NCBI GenBank assembly: GCA_052034235.1
Contig: JBPOIT010000005.1
Location: forward strand, 113,698-177,697
DNA: 64,000 nucleotides
Direction of reading: 5' to 3'
DNA from: Candidatus Levyibacteriota bacterium
GTDB lineage: Bacteria > Patescibacteriota > Microgenomatia > Levybacterales > UBA12049
A model generated the notes under the pieces. The model searched no databases and had not been told where the DNA came from. It worked only from the letters and a program-made list of their open reading frames with translations. Below are positions 38,070 to 46,203 of the stretch, piece by piece. The translations under genes and the position numbers were made by a program. How positions within the stretch are numbered: the stretch's first letter is position 1; every line of letters starts with the position of its first letter.

Positions 38070-38092
38070 ATGTTGTCGTTAAATGACAACAT
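38070..38092. promoter_or_regulatory. operator-like inverted repeat ATGTTGTC-N7-GACAACAT (GTTGTC-N7-GACAAC)
   Basis: Lies 4..26 nt upstream of the PP-loop gene start (minus strand). It has the same half-sites and 7-nt AT-rich spacer as the site at 35531..35549. Confidence 0.55.
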
Positions 38093-38129
38093 GGATTATA
38101 GCATATATATATATGCGCTATATGGAGTA

Positions 38130-38849
38130 TTATTGTAGTGCTAGGGAGTAGATTTTGTAACCGTCGTCTAGGAGGACGGTTAGGCAGTCTCCAACTTTCG
38201 TGGTTGTGGCATTGGGAACTCCTTGGAATAAGAATGATGAAATGAGAATGCCTTGGCCGCTTTTATCGCCTGTGAAACTGATATGCCATGATGAATCATT
38301 TTTTTCAACAAGTTTGCCGTAAATTTGTTTGATTTTACCTGAGGATTTGGTGATTGATGATGGCGGGAGATAGACTGTCGCTCCAACCACAAATGGACCA
38401 ACACCATTAAGCTGCATTAATTCATTTACACGTGTTTCATCTTTTAATTCGTCCCGAGCGATACTTTGGAGTGAATCATTTGGTTTGAGTACATAAGGTT
38501 TGAGATATTCCCATTTTTGTGCAAAGCCAGTTTTGCTGCAAACACTGTCAGTTGTCGTACTACTACTGAATGCAGGCCCAATCGGTGCGATTGTAGGCGC
38601 TGTAGCTGTTTCCGTTTGTTCCGCAACCGCAATCGGCTCAGGAGTTGTAATTGAATCCTGAACGTTAGCGATTTGATTGGTTTGAGCATTTAATACTTTT
38701 GCCTGGGATTCAGTTTGTTTTGTTACACTTTCTTTCCCAAACCCATACCCAACAAACCCAGTGAAAATTATAGAAAAAACCCACAGAAATCCGATGAGTA
38801 ATTTTAAATTTGCAGAAGCCTGCGAAGAAGAATCAACACTTTCGTTCAT
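38130..38849 (-). CDS. membrane-anchored LysM-domain protein
   Basis: N-terminal TM. YVLKPNDSLQSIARDELKDETRVNELMQLNG matches the LysM pattern (Y.V..GD.L..IA.......ELA..N). Confidence 0.55.
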   Translation of the reverse strand: MNESVDSSSQASANLKLLIGFLWVFSIIFTGFVGYGFGKESVTKQTESQAKVLNAQTNQIANVQDSITTPEPIAVAEQTETATAPTIAPIGPAFSSSTTTDSVCSKTGFAQKWEYLKPYVLKPNDSLQSIARDELKDETRVNELMQLNGVGPFVVGATVYLPPSSITKSSGKIKQIYGKLVEKNDSSWHISFTGDKSGQGILISSFLFQGVPNATTTKVGDCLTVLLDDGYKIYSLALQ

Positions 38850-38961
38850 AGTTTACAGTATTACGCGAAGTCAAAAAAATGTCAATGGATGATCAAAAAA
38901 CGGAATCTGGAGCAAAATACTCTTAATACATATTTGAGGAGGAGACTATTACTTGAATTTA

Positions 38962-39441
38962 CTAATTATTAGAACGTTCCTCTCTTCTTCTTTGTCTATC
39001 TAATTTTCTTTTTTCATCCGCTGCTTTTCTTTGTCGAATTCTTTCATCCCTATCTTCATTATAATCTGGTGGTCCGTCCTGTAAATCTCGTAATCTTCGT
39101 TCCTGCTGTCTTTGTTGAAGTCCGCCGTCTCCGCATTCAGCACCCATTGTTGTTAGACTTATTGCTACAAGTGCTCCAGCCCTTACCTTTTTACTACCTA
39201 AAACTCGTGAACCCAGTTCTACAAGAGTTCCACCTACGCTTTTTTCGCTCGTATCAGCTACTTTTGTAACTTTTACTAATTTTGCTTCCAATCGTTGTTG
39301 AGCTGTTAAAATACCGACATTGTTACGAACGCCAGCTTTCTCTGCTGGGGTTAACCCAAATGTTACTCCCCCTTCAGGAATTTGTTGGGCAATGCTTGCT
39401 ACAACTTCAGGATTAATGGTTGGTCCAGGTCTTTCTAACAT
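38962..39441 (-). CDS. hypothetical protein with highly charged Arg/Glu/Asp C-terminal tail
   Basis: 159-aa ORF ending RLRDLQDGPPDYNEDRDERIRQRKAADEKRKLDRQRRREERSNN. No recognised domain. Confidence 0.4.
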   Translation of the reverse strand: MLERPGPTINPEVVASIAQQIPEGGVTFGLTPAEKAGVRNNVGILTAQQRLEAKLVKVTKVADTSEKSVGGTLVELGSRVLGSKKVRAGALVAISLTTMGAECGDGGLQQRQQERRLRDLQDGPPDYNEDRDERIRQRKAADEKRKLDRQRRREERSNN

Positions 39442-39543
39442 ATGTTTATGATTTGGATTCTACTCTTGACATATCACGTTGTCAATAGGTACTGAATATG
39501 TGCGGATATCACTTGCCATTTAAACCTATAGCATATATAATCG

Positions 39544-41610
39544 TTGTTTATTATGACACGAGGACCGGAACAACCACGAATTGTGAAAAAAGGTCAGGAT
39601 AAACGACGACGACGTAGAAACCTCAGACTACCTGCTGTTGCTATGGCAACACTCCTTGCAGGAAGCGGATGCACTATCAGCGGGATTGAAAAAGATGAAA
39701 TACAGGCCAAACCTGGTATCGCGTCTCCATCCAGTCATACGTTGCAAGACTGTTTTACGGGAAATGCACCAGTTGAAGAAGTTGATTATTGTGTCGCATT
39801 CACAGCCATAGATACTGCTCGAAACGCAACAGGCCAAGTTGAAAAAGCTTTTAAAACTTCACAAATTGCCATAAACGAAATAAGTACTCCCGAAATTAAA
39901 AAACGAGCAGCTGATACACTTGTTTTTGCACAAGGAGGAAAAGCTATACGAATGGCTATTCACGATGAAGATTATAAAGGTGCAGAAAAATTAGCAGATG
40001 GTATAGAATCATCTGAAATACGTTCATCAGCTAAAAATATTATTGATGAAGTAGAAGTTCTCCTCGCAGCAAATGATATGAAAGATGGGGTTTTAGATAA
40101 AGAGGAAGAAAAAATCCTCTATGAAATTGAAGATCAGGCGCTTTTACTCAAAGTTGTTGGTTATCTCACTTCTATCGTAGAAAGAAATTATAATTTTGCG
40201 ACATATTATATAACTGATGCTGAAAAGAACAAAACAAACGCTGCAATCGATGCAACGTATCAGGAATTTGAAGACACGGTTCGAAGCGATTTGGCGTTAT
40301 GGAATACTGTTGAATATAAGGTAGAGACGGAAGAGGAAGGTTATTCATTATATAATGAGTGGAGCCGAAGAAGACTCAACAGAACAGGCCCGGATGCAAA
40401 ACCAGAATTTCCATTGCAGGAAAAAACGCAGCTAACCGATAGTGAGCAAATTGTACAACAGTTTGCAGGGTTTGTAACCACTATGAAGGGAATATTTCAT
40501 GATCCTTCAGATAGTACTGACAATGTTGATGTTACTTTTTGGAGAACCCTTGATGTCCTTGCTTCAAAACCTGATCTATTAAATTCACATTTTTTTGTTA
40601 CTGCAACGACTTCTGAAAATGAGAAAACAGGCACACTAGAAGCTTGGGAATATACCTATACACTGAACATACAGCCAATAACAGAAGAAACACGTCAGAA
40701 TCCAGACATTCAAGTTACAATAAAACAAAAACCATCTGGTCCAGAAGCTCTCAGTGCTAAGGCATTCATAGATTCACATGGACACTTTCATTCAGCACAA
40801 ACCAAAGGAGCAATTACACAACAGCAAGCAAGGGATGCATTGTCGATCATTGATACTACTGTTCCCAATATCACGACCAACTCAACGAATACAGCGGAGG
40901 TACTTTCTGGAGGGACTGATTATCCATATGAAGCAAACCTCAGAAGAGTAACCATAGGCAGTGATGGAGAAATAAATGTCTCATTCGGCAATGAAGGTCC
41001 ATTCTCTGCCGAATCTGAGATAATACCACCAGGCAATGGCCCGAATATAACTTCTCCAGAATGTTTTGATATTTTTACGGCTATTGATGCGATAGAAGGT
41101 TCTGAGTATGATCTTGCAGTTACTTTAGAAATTGCTGATAGATTATTACCTGGTAATGAAGAACCCTTAAAAACGACAGCTCATAAGGCAATTGATGCAA
41201 CGCTAGCAAGCACAGCAACGGTAAATCTAGACGAGGGCGATATAAGTGCCTTGGAAGCAGAGCAATTGATTGCATCTATGTATGGATCTAAAGATTCAGC
41301 CTCTGCAGCACTTGATATAAAAATTGCGGAAATAGCCATGAATAATTTATCTGAACATAACTTAGCTTATGCGTTGCATGTCACTGAACTTATAAAAAAT
41401 AAAAAACTACGCACGGAGGTTGCGAAAAAAATAAGCGATGCAAAGAAAGTACTTACAAGCCGTAACCCTGATAAAATAGAAAAGGCCGAACAATCATGGA
41501 AACAAATTGCAGCGAATTATGGTAATCGCGCAGACAGCGCTCGCACAGATATTACTTCTACTGCCGCTGATTCCAATAAAAAATTGGATCTCATTTGCGC
41601 TGGGAGTTAA
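39544..41610 (+). CDS. large hypothetical lipoprotein (688 aa)
   Basis: The probable true start is ATG 39553 (MTRGPEQPRIV). Lipobox LLAGSGC. No recognisable enzymatic motif. Confidence 0.5.
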   Translation: MFIMTRGPEQPRIVKKGQDKRRRRRNLRLPAVAMATLLAGSGCTISGIEKDEIQAKPGIASPSSHTLQDCFTGNAPVEEVDYCVAFTAIDTARNATGQVEKAFKTSQIAINEISTPEIKKRAADTLVFAQGGKAIRMAIHDEDYKGAEKLADGIESSEIRSSAKNIIDEVEVLLAANDMKDGVLDKEEEKILYEIEDQALLLKVVGYLTSIVERNYNFATYYITDAEKNKTNAAIDATYQEFEDTVRSDLALWNTVEYKVETEEEGYSLYNEWSRRRLNRTGPDAKPEFPLQEKTQLTDSEQIVQQFAGFVTTMKGIFHDPSDSTDNVDVTFWRTLDVLASKPDLLNSHFFVTATTSENEKTGTLEAWEYTYTLNIQPITEETRQNPDIQVTIKQKPSGPEALSAKAFIDSHGHFHSAQTKGAITQQQARDALSIIDTTVPNITTNSTNTAEVLSGGTDYPYEANLRRVTIGSDGEINVSFGNEGPFSAESEIIPPGNGPNITSPECFDIFTAIDAIEGSEYDLAVTLEIADRLLPGNEEPLKTTAHKAIDATLASTATVNLDEGDISALEAEQLIASMYGSKDSASAALDIKIAEIAMNNLSEHNLAYALHVTELIKNKKLRTEVAKKISDAKKVLTSRNPDKIEKAEQSWKQIAANYGNRADSARTDITSTAADSNKKLDLICAGS

Positions 41611-42289
41611 AAAGAAACGGGTTGAAGTTGGTTTTGTGATCGTAGTGGTCTTCGTGTTCTACTTTTTTAAGTTTATTTACCACATAATATGTTACAGGTG
41701 TGAAGAGCACTTCCATGGCAACTTTGAAAATGTAATTTGAAATTACGAGTGAAATAAGGACTTCAGTTGGCAAGAGTCCCCAGAAAGCAATGGCGATAAA
41801 GATGACCGTATCAAGCAGCTGCCCGATGAGCGTTGAACCGATTGTTCGTGACCAAAGATATTTCCCTTTGGTTGTAATTTTGAGTTTGGCAAGCAAAAAC
41901 GAATTGATAAATTCACCAGCGAAATATGCAACAATACTTGCAAGTACTATTCGTGGAGCAAGGCCGAGAATGGTGTTGTAAGCTTCTTGGTTTGGCCAAT
42001 CTGGTGATGGCGGCAGCATACCAACAACAATGATGATTCCAGCCATGAGCAGATTACATAACAATCCGATCCAAATTACCCGCCTTGCACGTGCATAACC
42101 ATATACTTCTGTTAAGATATCTCCAAAAATATAGGTGAGTGGAAATAAAATCGTGCCAGCATCAAGTGTGAGAAAGCCAAACGAGGTGAGTTTGGTGGAT
42201 GTGATGTTTGAAATAAGCAGAACCGCCACAAACAAAGCAGTTATGATATCAACATAGCGAAAGGTATGTACTTGTTTTTTCTCCGACAT
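41591..42289 (-). CDS. yhhQ: queuosine-precursor transporter, YhhQ/DUF165 family
   Basis: FPLTYIFGDILTEVYGY closely matches the YhhQ signature (FPLSYLIGDVLTEVYGY). Six TM helices. Confidence 0.8.
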   Translation of the reverse strand: MSEKKQVHTFRYVDIITALFVAVLLISNITSTKLTSFGFLTLDAGTILFPLTYIFGDILTEVYGYARARRVIWIGLLCNLLMAGIIIVVGMLPPSPDWPNQEAYNTILGLAPRIVLASIVAYFAGEFINSFLLAKLKITTKGKYLWSRTIGSTLIGQLLDTVIFIAIAFWGLLPTEVLISLVISNYIFKVAMEVLFTPVTYYVVNKLKKVEHEDHYDHKTNFNPFLFNSQRK

Positions 42290-42324
42290 AGGCTCTTATT
42301 ATACACCAGTTAGGCACCTTTGAT

Positions 42325-43620
42325 GTGCTATACTTTCAAACATACATGAGCAGTTCACATTTTAAATTTAAAATACTAGGAAAAGACAAAAAATCAAAGG
42401 CCCGCTTGGGGCAACTGAAAACACCTCACGGGACGATAAACACACCTGCATTTGTGCCTGTCGGGACACTAGCGAGTGTCAAAGCTATTACACCGCAAGC
42501 ACTGACAGAACTTGGAACACAGATTGTGCTTTCAAACACCTATCATCTGCATTTGCGCCCAGGTGAGGATGTCATAGAAGAAATGGGAGGACTTGGGAAA
42601 TTTATGGGCTGGAATGGTCCGACAATGACAGATAGCGGCGGCTATCAAGTGTTTTCATTGGGAGTAGCTCAGCGCAAAGAAGTTGTGAGGGATATTACCG
42701 GCAAGAAAATAAACAAATTTACGAAATCTGTTTTTTTGAACCCTGCTGATAAAGTACCATTGTTATCAGCTGTCACTAAAACAACTGAAGATCGGCAAAA
42801 ACAAAAACTCAAAGGCGCACTCGTCAAAGATGATGGTGTGTGGTTTTTTTCTCATCTAAATGGTGACAAACAGTGGTTTGATTCTGAAATATCAATCAAA
42901 ATTCAGGAAAAGCTTGGAGCAGATTTGATTGTCGCGTTTGATGACCACGAATCCCCTCTCTGGGATCATGAAACGACAAAACTGTCACTTGAGAGAACCA
43001 GTCGCTGGGGCATTGCGAGTTTGCAGTATCATAAACGCAAAGACCAACTTATGTACGGTATTGTCCACGGCGGACGCTATGAAGATTTGCGGATATTTTC
43101 AGCTAAATTTACCAATAAATATTTTGATGCGGTTTCAATTGGCGGGTCTTATACCTCCAAGGAAGTTTTATTTCAAATGATTTCTTCATGTGTCCCCTAT
43201 TTTGATGAAGAAAAACCCAGACATCTTTTAGGAATTGGCGAAATAGAAGATGTTTTTGAAGCTGTTGCGAGAGGAATGGATTTTTTTGATTGTGTCGCAC
43301 CGACAAGAAGAGCGAGGCATGGCAGTCTTTTTGTCAGTCCAAAAAACGGCGGACGTAAAGAAAAAAGTTTTGTCTTTCATATCACCAATAAACAGTTTCA
43401 AAGAGATCCTAACCCAATTGATCCAGGCTGTGAATGTTTTGTCTGCCAAAATTACACCAGAGCCTACCTCCACCATCTTTTTGTCGGCGAAGAACTTTTA
43501 GCCTTTCAGCTGGCAACATATCACAATCTCTATTTCATCACCAAACTCATGGAAAAAGTCAGAAAATCTCTCGAAGACGGTAGCTTCCACTTACTCAAAG
43601 ATGCATGGCTTGAGCAATAA
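42325..43620 (+). CDS. tgt: queuine/preQ1 tRNA-guanine transglycosylase
   Basis: TPHGTINTPAFVPVGT, LSNTYHL, MTDSGGYQVFSL, and the Zn site CECFVCQNYTRAYLHHL (CxCxxC...H). About 50 aa longer than typical bacterial Tgt, with an insert near residues 130-190. Confidence 0.9.
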   Translation: MLYFQTYMSSSHFKFKILGKDKKSKARLGQLKTPHGTINTPAFVPVGTLASVKAITPQALTELGTQIVLSNTYHLHLRPGEDVIEEMGGLGKFMGWNGPTMTDSGGYQVFSLGVAQRKEVVRDITGKKINKFTKSVFLNPADKVPLLSAVTKTTEDRQKQKLKGALVKDDGVWFFSHLNGDKQWFDSEISIKIQEKLGADLIVAFDDHESPLWDHETTKLSLERTSRWGIASLQYHKRKDQLMYGIVHGGRYEDLRIFSAKFTNKYFDAVSIGGSYTSKEVLFQMISSCVPYFDEEKPRHLLGIGEIEDVFEAVARGMDFFDCVAPTRRARHGSLFVSPKNGGRKEKSFVFHITNKQFQRDPNPIDPGCECFVCQNYTRAYLHHLFVGEELLAFQLATYHNLYFITKLMEKVRKSLEDGSFHLLKDAWLEQ

Positions 43621-43630
43621 TTTTTTACAC

Positions 43631-44326
43631 TTACAAAAGTATTGCCAATGCGGACAAACCAAAAAGTATAATTATTCCTCCTGATATTCTATTAATCAGA
43701 CGCAGATGTTTTGTATTTATTTTTACTCTAAGAAAACTCATTCCCGTACTAAGTGTCAGCCACCAAAGTGCTGAGCCGGTAAAGACACCGATGACTAAAA
43801 GTAGTGACGTCAGGTAATTCCCCGCTTCAATCCCCACGCCAGCAAAGATGGCGATAAAAGATAAAATTGTGGCAGGATTGGTGATAGTGAGAAAAAGTGT
43901 AGAGAGATAATCTGCAATCAAACCTTTATGTTCTGCTTTGGCGCTGTGGTCTGCTGGTTTGGCAGTGAATGTTTTGTAGCCCAAGTAACACAAGAACAAT
44001 CCACCAACCAAACTCAGAAGCATTTTTTCCTTAAGTAAAAAGCTGGAAATTGCGGTAATGCCAAACGCCGCAATCACACCGTAAAACCCATCAGCAGTAG
44101 CCGCACCAAGTCCTGAAAGAAGACCTGACAACCGCCCATACGAAAGTGTCCGGCGAATACACAACAGACCAATCGGCCCCACAGGTGCGGCGATTGCAAA
44201 TCCAATAAGAATACCTTTCAGTAAATATTCCATAAAAAAACCAGCCATTTGGCTGGTATATCTTTTCAAAACAAAAACCAGCCACCTACATGGAATCTGG
44301 GTTTTGTTGATATGAAAAATGAGCAC
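43631..44326 (-). CDS. LysE/RhtB-family amino-acid exporter
   Basis: MEYLLKGILIGFAIAAPVGPIGLLCIRR (LysE signature ...PGP...). The likely true start is ATG 44233. The upstream 31 codons of the listed ORF cover a leader containing repeated AAAAACCAGCCA hairpin elements. Confidence 0.7.
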   Translation of the reverse strand: MLIFHINKTQIPCRWLVFVLKRYTSQMAGFFMEYLLKGILIGFAIAAPVGPIGLLCIRRTLSYGRLSGLLSGLGAATADGFYGVIAAFGITAISSFLLKEKMLLSLVGGLFLCYLGYKTFTAKPADHSAKAEHKGLIADYLSTLFLTITNPATILSFIAIFAGVGIEAGNYLTSLLLVIGVFTGSALWWLTLSTGMSFLRVKINTKHLRLINRISGGIIILFGLSALAILL

Positions 44327-44365
44327 GCGTCATAAAAGTATTATAACGCTAAACTTCTTTTTCGT

Positions 44366-44788
44366 CTATAAAGAAGGATACTTTTTGTTAATCTCATCAA
44401 TTGATAGTTTAATACTTTTTTCCAAAACGGTAAGATCTATATCTGAAAGTTTATTGATATACAGACATGCACCTGTTGCTTTGTGTTTTCCCAGATTATC
44501 AAGCAAACCCTGTTCTTTGGCACTCCCGGTATTTAAATAGACAACTAAATTTGCTTTGCGTGGAGAAAAACCAGTAATGCACATATCTCCTTCATGTCCG
44601 GATTCGTATTTGTAGTGATATTTCCCAAACCCCACAATAGTCGGTCCCCACATAACAGCTTTTTCCCCGGTAATTTTTCCCATGAGTTTGAGAAGAGTAA
44701 AAGCGTCTTCACGTTTGGAAGCAGGTTCAACTGCACTGAGAAAATCTTCGACGTTTACCTGTGTCGCTTTTGTTTTGAGGTCTGCCAT
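44366..44788 (-). CDS. DUF1801 (YdhG-like) domain protein
   Basis: VEDFLSAVEPASKREDAFTLLKLM...MWGPTIVGFGKYHYKYESGHEGDMCITGFSPRKANLVVYL matches the DUF1801 consensus pattern. Confidence 0.6.
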   Translation of the reverse strand: MADLKTKATQVNVEDFLSAVEPASKREDAFTLLKLMGKITGEKAVMWGPTIVGFGKYHYKYESGHEGDMCITGFSPRKANLVVYLNTGSAKEQGLLDNLGKHKATGACLYINKLSDIDLTVLEKSIKLSIDEINKKYPSL

Positions 44789-44790
44789 AC

Positions 44791-45375
44791 TTAATCCTTT
44801 GGTTGTCTGCCTGTAAGAGCAAGTAACTTTTCAATAAGAGGTGCATCTTCTGGTACTTTTATTTCTTCACCAATGACACCAATTTGTCTGAAATATGCTG
44901 CATTGGGTACGATATATTCCCAAATGCCCTCAATCAATTTATCAGGCAAATGATACGGTATATGGAGCAATCTACCGAAATCAACTGCACGAAACGTTCG
45001 GAACAGTGTTATGTGATACAGATACTCTTCAGCCGGATAATCTCCATAGCTGAGATGGACATTTTTTTTGAGATCAGCACTTTTAACCGCCTCCACAGAT
45101 TTATCAACAATTGCATGCCAATTCACTTTAGGATCACTGCCCAGCAAATCCCCATCATATTTCGTCCCAACTTCCGCAATCGTCTTCCCAGCAAGAGTCT
45201 CCGGCACCCAAGCATCATCATAAGCATGATAATTGATAAGCTTCCGAACAGTCCACTCTCCATCCTGTATAGTAAATCCCTTCGGCACCACAATCTCCCA
45301 CTGATTATCCGAGATCTGATCGACAACCTCAGTCAAAGCCTTCTCCGAAAGTAAAAACAGTTCAGCAGAATTCAT
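44791..45375 (-). CDS. DinB_2/MDMPI_N-like (TIGR03086-type) four-helix-bundle protein
   Basis: N-terminal LSEKALTEVVDQISDNQWEIVVP...GEWTVRKLINYHAYDDAWV resembles maleylpyruvate-isomerase N-terminal domain / TIGR03086 proteins (W.VRDL..H). Confidence 0.45.
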   Translation of the reverse strand: MNSAELFLLSEKALTEVVDQISDNQWEIVVPKGFTIQDGEWTVRKLINYHAYDDAWVPETLAGKTIAEVGTKYDGDLLGSDPKVNWHAIVDKSVEAVKSADLKKNVHLSYGDYPAEEYLYHITLFRTFRAVDFGRLLHIPYHLPDKLIEGIWEYIVPNAAYFRQIGVIGEEIKVPEDAPLIEKLLALTGRQPKD

Positions 45376-45468
45376 ATGAGAATTAGTATACCCAAAAAAC
45401 TGTAAAATGCTTGTAAGAAATTGTTATTGGCTTATAGCAGATATTATGCAGATGTAAGTAGTACCGAA

Positions 45469-46155
45469 CTATTTAAGTGGAGATATCGAAAATGCAAATC
45501 TATCCATATCTTCTGGAGTAAGCCCATCAGGATAGTCTCTGACTATCAATGATTTAAATCCTGTCTGCTGCAAAAGATCTGTTAATTCACTAAATGATGT
45601 TACCGTGACATAGTCATTTAAATAGTCATCAAATTGTGGAGAACGCTGATTCTCTGGATTTTGTTGATATAGAACTAGATCTGTTCTTCCTAATGTCGGC
45701 ACAATAATACACCCAATTGGGTAGCCATCAACACCTGAACTAAACCTTGAAACATCACGACCCACCACAAGTGCTCTCAAGTCATGTTCTGATGGAACAT
45801 ATGATGAAATAGGATTTTCCATCCCATAAGGATGCGTATGAGCATCAATTAACTGAAATCGTCCCTGGTCTATTAATTCTTGTCTCTGAGCAGATTCCTC
45901 AGGCGTATGTTCTACATACTCATCACCGATAACAGATTTAGTAATATGTGATAATCCTTTTGTTTTAGGATTTAAAAATAAATCAAAGCCAATCTCCATG
46001 TCGTGTTCAGTTCGACCTAATGTTGAGATAGCTTTTCTAACCTGTGATTTAAAGATTGGCTTATTAATAGCAGCATAAAGAATAGAACCCGAGATAACAA
46101 TATCTTTTTTTATCTTTGGTTCGGGAGCAACCGGTATTTCTCCATTTCCTTCCAT
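45469..46155 (-). CDS. hypothetical protein with JAMM/MPN+-like metal-binding motif (HxH...PSxxD), RadC-like
   Basis: E...AHTHPYGMENPISSYVPSEHD. HTH then Ser-x-x-Asp with a longer spacer than canonical HxHx7Sx2D. No partner ubiquitin-like, E1 or E2 genes nearby. Confidence 0.35.
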   Translation of the reverse strand: MEGNGEIPVAPEPKIKKDIVISGSILYAAINKPIFKSQVRKAISTLGRTEHDMEIGFDLFLNPKTKGLSHITKSVIGDEYVEHTPEESAQRQELIDQGRFQLIDAHTHPYGMENPISSYVPSEHDLRALVVGRDVSRFSSGVDGYPIGCIIVPTLGRTDLVLYQQNPENQRSPQFDDYLNDYVTVTSFSELTDLLQQTGFKSLIVRDYPDGLTPEDMDRFAFSISPLK

Positions 46156-46203
46156 TTAACTATTTATATCACCAATTGCTTTGAATAACTACTAAATGAG
46201 TGC

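Noticed and set aside
39474-39495. TTGACA-tatcacgt-TGTCAA as a third copy of the GTTGTC-N7-GACAAC operator
   Set aside because: The half-site orientation is reversed (GACA...TGTC instead of TGTC...GACA) and the spacer is 8 nt. It may simply be a -35 hexamer. Kept only as a weak note inside the island finding.
44234-44326. 5' extension of the LysE-family ORF (first 31 codons)
   Set aside because: The region carries repeated AAAAACCAGCCA hairpin-like elements and no hydrophobic signal. The conserved LysE N-terminus starts at MEYLLKG (ATG 44233), so the extension is treated as untranslated leader.
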